Positions 50,811 to 64,000 of a stretch of DNA of 64,000 nt are shown here, in pieces. Below the pieces are notes generated by a model that was not told the DNA's origin, made no database searches, and was given only the letters and a program-made list of their open reading frames with translations. The position numbers and the translations under genes were made by a program. Origin of the DNA: Eledone cirrhosa (lineage: Eukaryota); NCBI GenBank assembly GCA_964016885.1, contig OZ024759.1, forward strand, positions 14,694,001 to 14,758,000, in the 5' to 3' direction. Each line of letters opens with the position of its first letter. Positions within the stretch are counted from its first letter, which is position 1.

Positions 50811-51819
50811 GAACATACATACGTACACATAACTCTCTTCCCCTCTCTTCTTCTCTCTTCCCCTCTCTTCCCCTCTCTTCCTCTCTCTCTCTTCCCCTCT
50901 CTTCATCTCTCTCTCTTTCTTCCCCCTCTCCCTTTCTTTCTCTCTCTCTCTCTCTCAACAAATCAATTTAGAAGGAACAAGGGGTTTTGTGGTTACTTGA
51001 TAAAGTGTATTTATATATAAAAGGAAAGCACAAACAAGGGACAGGTCCTCTCTTCAGTTGTCTGCTGGGGGTCTAGGACATTTCAACGGATTAAAGACAA
51101 TATGTCTATCCCCAGTCCGTCAATAACTTTCGTAAGTTATTGAAGTAAAAAGGATATACTGTATATATATATATATATATATAAATATATATATTTGTGT
51201 GTGTGTATACACACAAGTAAAGGACTTGGAATTCTATTCTGAGAAGCTTTTATTTGTAAACTTATCCAACCTATCAACGTACCCAACCTCCTTTCCTGTT
51301 ACTCTCTATGTATGTATGTATATATATATATATATATGTATATATATACACACACACACACACCTACTTGCATACACACATACAAACACATATAAACATA
51401 TATACATGCATACATAGACGTCACGATCTCGAAGGAGATTGTTTCCCCTGTTGTAACTAAAGTATCTTTTAATGTCTACAAGACAAATAACCGAGTTTCT
51501 TTGATGTCTTTTTCTCTGTGTTGTTCCTATATATTCCTTACACACCCTTCGCCAAACTTCAGAATGTTTTAAACCCAATATATCGCCGGCTTAACTTTCG
51601 CTCTCGCGCTAGCTCTATCACTCGCTGGCTCTCGCGCTCGCTCTATCACTCGCCCCCCCCCTCTCTCTCTCATACAAAGACGAGTATTACATTCTTTTAA
51701 TTACATACAATTCACACATGTTCATCCTACCTTTTCCTCTACTTTTTTTTATCTATGATACTTTCATCCTTATATTTCAACTTGCTTTTTTTTTTATCTG
51801 CCTTGATTCTTCTCCTTGT

Positions 51820-51860
<41 letters not shown>

Positions 51861-52001
51861 TCATACCTATATTCATACCAATATATCTATTATTATTACT
51901 ATCTATATAAATATGTATATATATATAAATATGTATATATATATACATATATGTATGTATATACATATATATATATATATATATATACATACCTATAAAT
52001 A

Positions 52002-52037
<36 letters not shown>

Positions 52038-52583
52038 CAAACAAGAACACACACATACAGACACACACATACACTTACATATCTCTCTCTCTCTCTCTAT
52101 TTATTTCTCTTTGAAATTCTGTGGAGGAATTCTTCGTATTTCTTTCGTAGTTTTTGTCTAATCTCTCGCTTCGGGAATGTGCTTTCAAGATCAAATTCCT
52201 TTACTTTCTTCTTTCTTCCCTTTGCCTTCTTTTATTTTTGCTACCCCCTCTTCTATCTTTACACAACTTACTTATTAACTTTTCTTTATCCTCACATTTT
52301 CTTTATTGATCTTTCAAACGATTCTTTCTTTCTTTATTTCTTTTTTCTTTCCTTTCTGTCTTTCTTCCTTTTTTCTTATTCTTTTTTCTTTTTTTCCCCC
52401 TTTTTTTCTTTTCTTTATTCTTTTTCTTTCTTTCTTTCTTTTTTCTTTTTTCTTTTTTCTTTTCTTTTTCTTTTCTTCTTTTAATGTTACTTTTTTATTT
52501 CGTCCTTCCTTCAATTATCTCTCGTTTCATTTATTTTTTTACCACTTCTTACTGTCCAACATGCATTCTTTTTCTTCTTCTAC

Positions 52584-52660
<77 letters not shown>

Positions 52661-53227
52661 CTGTCCATTCGTATATATATATATATATATATATATATTT
52701 CAGAAGATTATTGGAAATAAATTGATTTGAAGTTGATGACTCCTATCGGCTTTCCGCAGAGCAGACATTGCTATCGCCATTTTTAGACGAAGCTAATGCT
52801 GACCATTGAAATGTCTGCTAGTAGCGGAAGCTTCTGGATGCATGTCATCAAATATTTCGCCATTGCAGATAACACAAACTTGGCTTATTGTAATCTTTAT
52901 AGCTTTTGAAGCAATAGAAGTTAAGAAATAATGAAGGCAAAGGAAAATTTAAGATTAATATAAATAAATAAAATATGAGACAGGTGTATGTATGTGTGTG
53001 TGTATGTATGTATGTATGCATATATATGTACGTACCTGGGAGTGTGCCTGCATGAATTTATACATATATATATATATATATATATATGTGTGTATGTATG
53101 TCTGTATATTTATGTACGTACCTGAGTGTGTATGTAGTATATATATATGTGTATATGTATATATATGCATATATATGTATGTATGTATGTATATATATGT
53201 ACGTACCTGTGAGTGTGTCTGTATACA

Positions 53228-53265
<38 letters not shown>

Positions 53266-53876
53266 TATATACATACTATCCATATATAGGTATCTGTATA
53301 TACATAAACGCGCACAAACGCACAGACAAGCATAAATGTTTATAAAAAAAGGGAAAGATAGACAGAGAGAGGTGAGAGTTAAAGACGGTGAATGTCTGAC
53401 AGGGAGGGGTAGATAAGGAAGAATCTATCTACTGCGTCAGCTACAGAATATTCCATTTTCTCATTGAGGCGATTCCTCGATTCCTTCCCACATTTGCCAC
53501 CATAGGCTCCCGCCTCCTGAATCTTGTAATATAACTGTTATTCCAATTGTTGCTCTATAGGTGGAGTGAGGAGGGTGGAGGAGAGAAGGCGACAGGGTAA
53601 GATAGAGGGGTGGCGTTAGGGTAAGAAAGGGTGGGAGAGGTGGGTGGAGGAAAGGGTGGGAGAAAGAGAAATGGGGAAGAAAGAGAAAGGGGAGAAAGAG
53701 AGTAAGAAGGGTGGTGGAGAGAGGGTGTGAGAGAAGGTGGCAGGGTAAGCTAGAGGGGTGAGGGAGAGGAAGAGAGTGAGAGAAACAAAGTGATGTTAAA
53801 AGATGACAGAGAGAGAGTAATGATGAAGATAAAAGGAAATTGGGAGGGACTCTGTGTGCGCGAAAATTTCTTCATT

Positions 53877-55460
53877 TATATATATATGTATATATGTATG
53901 TTATATATATATGTATGTTATATATATATGTATGTTATATATATATATATGTTATATATATATATGTTATATATATATATATGTTATATATGTGTTATAT
54001 ATATATATATGTTATATATGTGTTATATATATATATATGTTATATATATGTTATATATATATATATATATATGTTTATATATATATATATGTTTATATAT
54101 ATATATGTTTATATATATATATATGTTATATATGTTATATATATATATATGTTATATATATGTTATATATATATATATGTTTATATATATATATATGTTT
54201 ATATATATATATGTTTATATATATATATGTTTATATATATATATGTTATATATATATATATGTTTATATATATATATGTTTATATATATATATGTTATAT
54301 ATATATATATGTTTATATATGTTATATATATATATATGTTCATATATATATATGTTTATATATATATATGTTTATATATATATATGTGTTATATATATAT
54401 ATGTGTTATATATATATATGTTATATATATATATATATGTTATATATATATATATATGTTATATATATATATATATGTTATATATATATATGTTATATAT
54501 ATATAACATAACATATATATATAATATACATATATATAACATAACATACATATATATATATATATAACATAACATACATATATACATATATATAACATAC
54601 ATATATATATATATAACATACACATATATATATATATAACATACACATATATATATATATAACATACACATATATATATATAACATACACATATATATAT
54701 ATATATAACATACACATATATATATATATAACATACACATATATATATATATAACATACACATATATATATATAACATACATATATATATATATATAACA
54801 TACACATATATATATATAACATACATATATATATATATATAACATACATATATATATATATAACATACATATATATATATAACATACACATATATATATA
54901 TAACATACACATATATATATATAACATACACATATATATATATAACATACACATATATATATATAACATACACATATATATATATAACATACACATATAT
55001 ATATATAACATACACATATATATATATATATAACATACACATATATATATATATAACATACACATATATATATATAACATAACATACATATATACATATA
55101 TATATAATACATATATACATATATATATAATACATATATACATATATATATATAATACATATATACATATATATATAATACATATATACATATATATATA
55201 TAATACATATATACATATATATATAATACATATATATATAACATACACATATATATATATATAACATACATATATATATAACATATATATAACATACATA
55301 TATACATATATATATAACATACATACATATATATATAACATACATATATATATAACATACATACATATATAACACACATATATATATATATATATAACCT
55401 ACACATATATATATATAACATACATACATAAATATATATATAACACATATATATATATAA
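53877..55460. repeat. Compound TA microsatellite whose marker motif flips orientation near 54500
   Basis: atgttat units before about 54500; ataacat units after. Confidence 0.95.
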
Positions 55461-55585
55461 TCTAGAGAAAGACCTATATACAAGTACACACACAAACACA
55501 TATTCATATATATCTTGTTTGTTGTTTATATTTGTTTATAAGATGATCAACCAAGGGCAAGATGTGGAAGATTGGATAATTAAAG

Positions 55586-55660
55586 AACAAAAGACAAAAA
55601 AATACTAACAAACCGACAAAAGACAAAAAAATACTAACAAACCGACAAAAGACAAAAGAA
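55586..55660. repeat. 29-bp tandem repeat (caaaagacaaaaaaatactaacaaaccga), about 2.4 copies
   Basis: Direct inspection. Confidence 0.85.
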
Positions 55661-56639
55661 ATCCAAACTCGAATTGGCAACGAGACTCATAAAGAAAGGA
55701 AGAATGGGAAAATTAAGAAAGAAAGAACAAAGAAAGAACAATACTATTTAAGTCAGCGTTAATGCTGATTCTATCGTTGTCATTTCCTTCCCTTCTTTTT
55801 TCTTATACTCTTCTTTCTTCTTCCTCTCCTCCTCCTTTTATCCACCTTCTTCCTCTCCTCCTCCTTTTATCCACCTTCTTCCTCTCCTCCTCCTTTTATC
55901 CACCTTCTTCCTCTCCTTCTCCTCCTCCTCTCTCCTTCACCCGCTCAGCTCCGCCACATTTTACCACCGTCAGAATAACAAAATAAATTTGCCCGAGCGC
56001 GTTATTGTAGTTTCTATAAATAACTTCCTTTCCTTGTCGTTTCCTAAACAAATTTCCAATCAAGTGGCGGACATTTCTTTTCATGAGACAAACATGCTTT
56101 CTTTTTTGTTTTATTTCCTAAGGAGATTTCAAGATCAATTTTCTTTTTTTGCTGAATGTCCATTCTATTTACAATTATTGTTTTATATTATTTGGAGAAA
56201 AAGAAATACCCATTAAAAATTCTACCAATAACTAACATCTGGCAGAAGCAATAATATGGACATTAACATATTAATTACTAAGCTATGCAACTTCACTAAT
56301 CAAGAGGGGAGGGATGTTAACATTCTGCTAATAATTAGCACATGGCAGAAGGAGAAACGTGAACATACCCAAAGCTAAATAACTATTAACCTTTTAGGAT
56401 TTAAACCCACCATATCCGGCCAAAATTCTCATACATCTCTATTCAAACCGGCCATAACCGATTGCTCATACTGATGTTAAGGCATTGTTCTCAAAATAAA
56501 TATGAAAATCTCATAGATTCGATATTATGTGAGATAAAGCCGTTACTGCGGAATTACAATAGTATATATTCTTGTGACTCTAAACTCCGCCAGTTGCAGA
56601 CTGCGCTTCAACATGAGATATTTTTCTCCACAAAATTCG

Positions 56640-57075
56640 ATCACCAGCAGCAGAGTTTAAAGAACAAAGATCAAGTCGAGTCCATAAGTTGACACAATTA
56701 AGACATTGTTTTGGCTGCCGGACTCTGCTTCGTTTACCAGCCAACCTTCTTTCCAGGAATATAGAATATTTTTAGATCACCAATAGCAGAGTTTAAAGAA
56801 CAAAGACCAAATCCAGTCCATAAGTTGACAATATCAAGCCATCATTTTGGTTGCTGACCTCTGCTCCTTCACCAGCCAACCTTCCTTCCAGGTATAACCT
56901 ACTCACACCACGAGTTGATCTTTTTATATTACCGTATACTTTGAGTACTATTGACTTGACAATTGATGTAATTGGTCTAAGTCTGGTAATGTTGAGCAGC
57001 TCACTGAGAAAGATACGGTCGCTGAGCCGCTTGCCAGTCATAAGTCTCATGATGTGGTTCTGGAATATAGAGAGC
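56640..57075 (-). mobile_element. RTE-clade LINE 3' fragment with a tandemly duplicated 3' end
   Basis: IFQNHIMRLMTGKRLSDRI...LKVYGNIKRS...LEGRLAG resembles the RTE C-terminal W.GH..R...G.R..GRP region; 56640-56760 is a diverged repeat of 56779-56893. Confidence 0.7.
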
Positions 57076-57599
57076 TCTCTACATTCTCTACACTCTACAT
57101 AGTATATATAGAGCAATGTAAATGCTAAAGGGTTAAGCTATACGCCTTCACTGATGAGAGTGGGGGATGTTAAAGCTCTACTAATAACTAGCACCTGGCA
57201 GAAAGTGAATAACCATTAAGTTATGTATCTTCACTGATCAGGGGCCACATGTTAACATTCTACCAATAAGTTCCATGAAAATTCTATAAATATATAGAAC
57301 GAATTGAAAGTATTTTATCTAAGAGAAAATGTTATATTATTGTGAGTCCAACAACCTAACCCCTCAGATACGCGCCTTCATCAGCCAGAGACATGTTAAA
57401 GAAACTTTCCCCAGATTTTCTAGACAGTGATCGAAGCCGGGATATCATGATTACAAATCGAACCTGTTAACCACTCAGCCATAACTGTTGTTACAATTCT
57501 TATTAGTATTGTTGATGAAAGAAATGAGTGATAGATAGTATGCTAGATAGATAGCATGCTAGATAGACAGATATTGATAAAGAGAGGAAGATAAAGGTG

Positions 57600-57828
57600 G
57601 AGAGAAAGAGAGCGAGAAAGAGAGCGAGAAAGAGAGCGAGAAAGAGAGCGAGAAAGAGAGCGAGAAAGAGAGTGAGAAAGAGAGTGAGAAAGAGAGTGAG
57701 AAAGAGAGTGAGAAAGAGAGTGAGAAAGAGAGTGAGAAAGAGAGTGAGAAAGAGAGTGAGAAAGAGAGTGAGAAAGAGAGTGAGAAAGAGAGTGAGAAAG
57801 AGAGTGAGAAAGAGAGTGAGAAAGAGAG
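57600..57828. repeat. 12-bp tandem repeat GAGAAAGAGAG(C/T), about 19 copies
   Basis: Direct inspection; five C-type units are followed by T-type units. Confidence 0.95.
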
Positions 57829-58740
57829 GTTTTAAAGTCAAATGTTAGAGGAATTTTAGCTTCATTTAATTTCTCTTTTGTTTTGATTCCACCCACTTTA
57901 CAGTATTAACACAATCAACAACAACAACAACAATAGCAATAACAACAATAATAATAACAGCAATAATAAAAGCAGCAATAAAATAATAGAAAAATATCAA
58001 CAATAACAATATAAAAAAACATCAACAATAACAATATAAAAAAACAGCATCAACGAGAACAAAAAGGAAAATAAAAAAAGAAATGAGAAAAAACTATTTA
58101 AAAAAAAAGTATTTTAAAAATGTTTTCTTTTCTTTAAGTTCAATGAAATTTCTTTTATCTTCAAGGAAACATTCGTGTGACATTTTTGTTTCTTAAATAT
58201 TTTCTGCAAGGAGCAGAGAAAATGCTATTAGCTATAAATACACATACATATATACACATAGTTTATATATATATATATAAACATACATACATGTAGACAT
58301 ACATATATATATACACACAAGATATACGTAGATATAAATATTAATCTTATACGTATATATTCATACGTATATATATATATATATATATATTCATACGTAT
58401 ATATATATTTATACGCATATATATATATGTTTATATGTATGTGTCTATCCTATCTTAATGCGGAATGTAGCTGCAATAGAAAAAAAGAAAACGATAAAAA
58501 TGAGGAAAAAGAAACAAAAGCATAAAAACTCCCATAAATACCAAAAAAAAAAAAGACAAGTGTAAAACTAGGAATCATACATAGTCTATGGGAGAACATT
58601 TTGTGTGATATACATACATATACGTATGCATATATATATATATGCATATATATATATATATGCATATATATATATATGTATGCATATATATATGTATGCA
58701 TATATATATATATATATATACATATATATATGTATGTATA

Positions 58741-58780
<40 letters not shown>

Positions 58781-59480
58781 AACTGTGTGTGTTTGTGTGA
58801 ACGTTTATAGGTTGAATGTTTGTAACTGTCTTGTGTATATAATGTATACATACTTACGAACGTACTCACACAAACACGCGCATACAAATATATGTACATA
58901 CAAATACACACTCACACACGCACATATATATATATATATGTACAAATACACGCACACATATAAATACAGACACATATACATATATACACACATATATACA
59001 TATATACATATATACACACACGCATACACACACACGCATACACACACGCATGCACACGCACACACATACACACACATACATACGCATACATGCATGCACA
59101 TACGCACACGTACACACACACGAGTTAAATACGTAAAGGAAAAGTATTTTTTTAAAAAGCGAAGAAAGGAAAAAAAATAGCAAATTAAAAAATGTTATGA
59201 ACCGCTAATATATAAAAAAAGAGAAAGCTGTGACGCACGCGTAGCTTATGGGAGACATCTTTGTATGTTGACATGACTTACAGGAAAAACACACGTTGAT
59301 GGTTTTGTGGGTGTTGGAGGTGTTGCAGGCGATGTATGGCTCTCTACTATTGAAATCTGTTTACAGCCTATTCTTCCACTTCGTCGTTCTTATGAACTTT
59401 GATATCCTTCTTCCTATATATATATATATACGCACGTACACGCACGCGCTCATTTATATATCTATATACACACGCTCATT

Positions 59481-59512
<32 letters not shown>

Positions 59513-59524
59513 GACACGCTCATT

Positions 59525-59557
<33 letters not shown>

Positions 59558-59775
59558 TATAATAGGGGAGGGATAAGTATATGCCCCAGAGAAAAATCTA
59601 TAGCTATTAATATATTGATCTGATCGAACAAAGACAGAGTTGTTACGACTTTTTAAGTCAACATTCTTTTACAATCGTCACTAGAATATAGGAGGACGAA
59701 ATGGTAAAACGGAACAATATACACGTATATACATGCACACATATCGCCCTTCCTTATATATATATATATATATAT

Positions 59776-60077
59776 GGAGGGAGTTATAGTTCACTTATAA
59801 GCATTGTGTAATGAGGTATAAACGTTTGAATTTGTAAAGCCAAAACAATGCAGGTATGGACATAGAATAAAAAATGTAAATGCAAAAGATATTGTTGACA
59901 ATTAGTCTTTTACCTTAGATTTATTTAAATGTCCTTAATTTTCGAGATATCTCTTCTTCGGAGGGAAGTAAAGCGGTTAAACCAGTGTTCTAAATAGCTT
60001 GCCAAGTCATGCTGACAGGAAATGGTATAGAGTATCTTTATACCATTGTTTTGGCTTTACAAATTCAAACGTTTATA
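59776..60077 (-). mobile_element. Hammerhead element family D: 34-bp inverted arm, unit and ~41-bp tail, between (TA)n tracts
   Basis: Perfect IR 59817-59850 / 60044-60077; the reverse strand of 59933-59964 reads CCT CCGAAGA AGAGATATCTC GAAA AT TA AGG (core U4C variant). Confidence 0.7.
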
Positions 60078-60850
60078 TATATATATATATATATATTAGT
60101 TAGGAATATCAGAAAAATAAGACAAAAAGCAGACAAACACAGGAGTAAATGTTACAAATATTATTAGTTTCACGCTTAGTGAGAGTGGGGTGGGGGGTGG
60201 GGTGTATACATATATATATATACAGAGAGAGACAGAAGTGTACATATGTATGGATTTCGAATGGTAAGTGGTAATATGCAATTACTTTAACTGTCTTCAG
60301 TTTTATTACACACACACATATATACATATATATACAATTACACACGCACACGCACGCACACGCACGCACACACACGCACACACACGCACACACACGCACA
60401 CACACGCACACACACGCGCGCGCGCACTCTCTCTCTGTAAGAAAGAAACAAAAAAGACGTATTGACATGAAGTCATTTTAGTTACACGCTATATATATAT
60501 ATTGCAACCCGCCCCTTCAATCTTTCTTCTGATGAAGTACTAACGTCCGAAACATTAAAACATTTTTCCTGCTATTTCAAGCGTTAACTTAATATATTCC
60601 TTCTATATACTGTACCGATTGTGTTATTTCTGTTTAATTTTTACACACACACACACACACACACGTGCCCATGCACGCGCACACACATACACACACAAAC
60701 CACACACATTCACACACACATATATATATATGCACTTTACTCCAAGAAACACGACGGCTGGGAGACCCTTTCAAGAACTCATATGTCTGCTGCGCACACG
60801 AGCAAAAGGATGTGTGTTTTACTGCCGGCGGCATATCAATAATTGTATTT

Positions 60851-60937
60851 TCATCTGAAGATACCGTTCTCATACCAACAACAAATGCATGAAGGACTTC
60901 TCGATTGAATGGAGAACCGTGGAAATAATTATAATGA
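60851..60937 (+). ncRNA. Type I hammerhead ribozyme motif
   Basis: Stem I TCAT/ATGA; CTGAAGA; stem II TAC-c-GTTCTC...GAGAAC-c-GTG; GAAA; stem III palindrome ATAATTAT; AUA site. Confidence 0.78.
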
Positions 60938-61395
60938 TTAAACGATTCATGTAACCTCAGCATCTTATTTCGTTATATAATACAAGAAACCCCAAAAAAA
61001 TATATATATATATTTACATGAAGTCTTATTATATACCGAGAGAGAGATGTATCCTGGACATTGCGTAGCTGAATGTTACATGAGTTTACCTCTAAATCGT
61101 TAGGTCCACGGTACAATATCTGAGGGCAAATACTATTGAGCATTGCCAGACATTTTAGTCATATCATTCCTTGTGAGGAAGCTACTTGAAAGCCTCTCAT
61201 GTGTCCTATATCGGTAACTCGAAAGACATACCTTGTCACACTGTTTCTTGCGCTGAATCTTCATGGGAACAACACTAAAACAGTACACATGTTTGTAGAA
61301 TGCCAAACCAATTACATTTCAATTCCTATGTCATCCGTTCAGTTAATCGAAAATCTGGAATTCTTCATGTCGAAACCAATAGACATCTACTACAA

Positions 61396-61429
<34 letters not shown>

Positions 61430-61627
61430 GATATTAAATAAATGGAAACTATATTTATAAAACCATATTTATTTCGTTATATATACTTCAGGGATATCAT
61501 ATTAACAATATGTTATGCCAATATGTTATATATATACATATATATCATAAATCATGTCCTTAGAATTATTAGATAAAATATATAACGTTTCCTCTTCATA
61601 ACTTTATGTATATGTAAACCTTTATAT

Positions 61628-61674
<47 letters not shown>

Positions 61675-61683
61675 CTGTATTAT

Positions 61684-61771
61684 AATAATTGTTTCTACTT
61701 TTTGGCACAAGGCCAGCAATTACCCAGTGCATTACTGGTAATTTATTTTATCGACCCCGTAAGGGTGAAAA
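61684..61771 (-). mobile_element. tRNA-SINE 3' half
   Basis: Homology to the other copies. Confidence 0.8.
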
Positions 61772-62042
61772 AGGTTTAGATCGATATCCAGTATATTTCG
61801 ATCGTATTGTTTACACATTTCTCGTACTGGTTTACAAATCTGAAGCATCACAACCATACGATTATTAATTGTACCATATCATAGTATGCACATATACACT
61901 AATATACCATATCATATACACTAATTGTACCATATATGCACATATACACTAATTGTACGATATATGCACATATACACTAATATATCTCTTCTATGCACTG
62001 TGCTGTTTGTTTTTGTTATTTTTATTATTACTTTAACATATA

Positions 62043-62170
62043 GGTCGGTGTAGTGGCACTATCGCTAGAGTCGGACGCCATGCTTTGTAGCATAAAGTTA
62101 TGGCCCTTTACAGTCTGCGCTCAAATCCCGCTGAGGTTAATTTTGCCTTTCATCCATACGGTGTCAAAAA
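62043..62170 (+). mobile_element. tRNA-SINE 5' part
   Basis: gtcggacgccatgctttgtagcat...ctcaaatcccgctgaggttaattttgcctttcatcc. Confidence 0.8.
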
Positions 62171-62220
62171 TATATATATATACTACATACATATTTACAG
62201 ACGCGCACGCACACACGCAC

Positions 62221-62271
<51 letters not shown>

Positions 62272-62281
62272 CTACATAGAT

Positions 62282-62333
<52 letters not shown>

Positions 62334-62389
62334 TCTTTTACACTTTTACCTGTTTCAGCCATCCGGCTGAGGCCATGCTGGGGCACCGC

Positions 62390-62394
<5 letters not shown>

Positions 62395-62427
<33 letters not shown>

Positions 62428-62543
62428 TACATACATACTTACATATATATATATATATATATATAAATATATATATATACTACATACATACTTATATATA
62501 TATATATATATATATAAATATATATATATACTACATACATACT

Positions 62544-62586
<43 letters not shown>

Positions 62587-62658
62587 TACATACATACTTA
62601 CATATATATATATATATATATATATAAATATATATATATATACTACATACATACTTAC

Positions 62659-62689
<31 letters not shown>

Positions 62690-62714
62690 TATATATATAT
62701 ACTACATACATACT

Positions 62715-62750
<36 letters not shown>

Positions 62751-62835
62751 TATATATATACTACATACATACTTACATATATATATATATATATATAAAT
62801 TTATATATATACTACATACATACTTACACATATAT
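62395..62835. repeat. Minisatellite (actacatacatacttac(at)n)
   Basis: Direct inspection; about 8 units. Confidence 0.9.
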
Positions 62836-63377
62836 GTAAGTTAAGACTCTATAGGCTTGTCCCCTGGATTTCACAATCTGTGGATAAAATCCGTGTCTTG
62901 ATTTTTTTTTTTTTTTCTTTAATTGAGTTTGAATTACTTTCCCATATCTGACGTTAATTATTATCCATTTTGACGTTATAGTCACTTATATATTATTAAA
63001 TACTGTTGGCTTCTTGCTCACATTAATTTCTCTATTTTCATATATCTATATATACTACATACATATTTACATACATATATATGTATATATATATATGTGT
63101 TTGTTTTCCCATTTGGCTACATGTAGACCTACATTTATCAGTTTGTCTCTTGTACAAATTTTAATAAATGCATTTTTACATCTAATGACTGACCTACCAC
63201 ACTAACCTTTCCTAATTTACATTTATCTATATTTATTTTCATTATGGATATGTCTAACCTAAATTATATTTGATCAACGGCATTTTAAACGTTGTACCTT
63301 GGAATATATAGTTTTATTGCTGGTAAAAATTTCACTTTGTAATATAGGAAACAAAGACAAAAGATTTTGCCAAGAGT

Positions 63378-64000
63378 ATGTAGATGTATGTACGTATGTA
63401 TATGTATGTATGTACGTATGTATATGTATGTATGTATGTACGTATGTGTATGTATGTACGTATGTGTATGTATGTACGTATGTGTATGTATGTACGTATG
63501 TATATGTGTATGTATGTATGTATATGTGTATGTATGTACATATGTATATGTATGTACATGTATGTATGTATGTATGTACGTATGTGTATGTATGTACGTA
63601 TGTATATGTATATGTATGTACGTATGTATATGTTTGTATGTATATGTTTGTATGTATATGTATGTACGTATGTGTATGTATGTATATGTATGTATATATA
63701 TATGTATGTATATGTATATGTATGTATATATATGTGTGTGTATGTATGTATGTATGTATGTATGTATGTATGTGTATATATGTATATAGATGTGTATATA
63801 TGTATATAGATGTGTATATATGTATATATATATGTCTGTGTGTATATATATATATCGATGTGTATATATGTATATATATATGTCTGTGTGTATATATATA
63901 TCTGTGTGTACATGTGTGTATATATATATATATGTATGTGTGTATATATATATATATATATGTATGTGTGTATATATATATATATATGTATGTGTGTATA
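63378..64000. repeat. (TATG/TACG/TGTA)n compound microsatellite running to the window end
   Basis: Direct inspection. Confidence 0.95.

Noticed and set aside
61170-61235. GTGAGGAAGCTAC...GTAACTCGAAAG hammerhead-like motif
   Set aside because: Core C3 is missing and stems I and III cannot be formed

Overview
AT-rich, repeat-dominated eukaryotic DNA. No host protein-coding gene can be confidently called. The tRNA-derived SINE family and the very large (TA)n/(TATG)n arrays suggest an octopus or other cephalopod (inference). Recognisable content: (1) a near-complete CR1-clade LINE (about 1.86-6.04 kb) with a two-CCCH-finger ORF1 and a candidate -1 frameshift into ORF2; (2) a full-length but frameshifted Tx1/L1-clade LINE (20.84-26.6 kb, minus strand) plus an internally deleted relative; (3) RTE-derived non-autonomous elements and RTE fragments; (4) about 17 copies or fragments of one tRNA-SINE family; (5) multi-kb microsatellite arrays. 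The most notable signal is a set of at least six sequence-unrelated short non-coding elements carrying type I hammerhead ribozyme motifs (CUGANGA...GAAA, usually with a palindromic stem III). Several share one architecture: (TA)n, inverted copy, ribozyme-bearing unit, unique tail, (TA)n. This points to a diverse population of non-autonomous Penelope-like or retrozyme-like elements, one family with a stem II region of about 100-115 nt. Most long ORFs in the supplied track (Y/I/M/C/V-rich) are translations of microsatellites.
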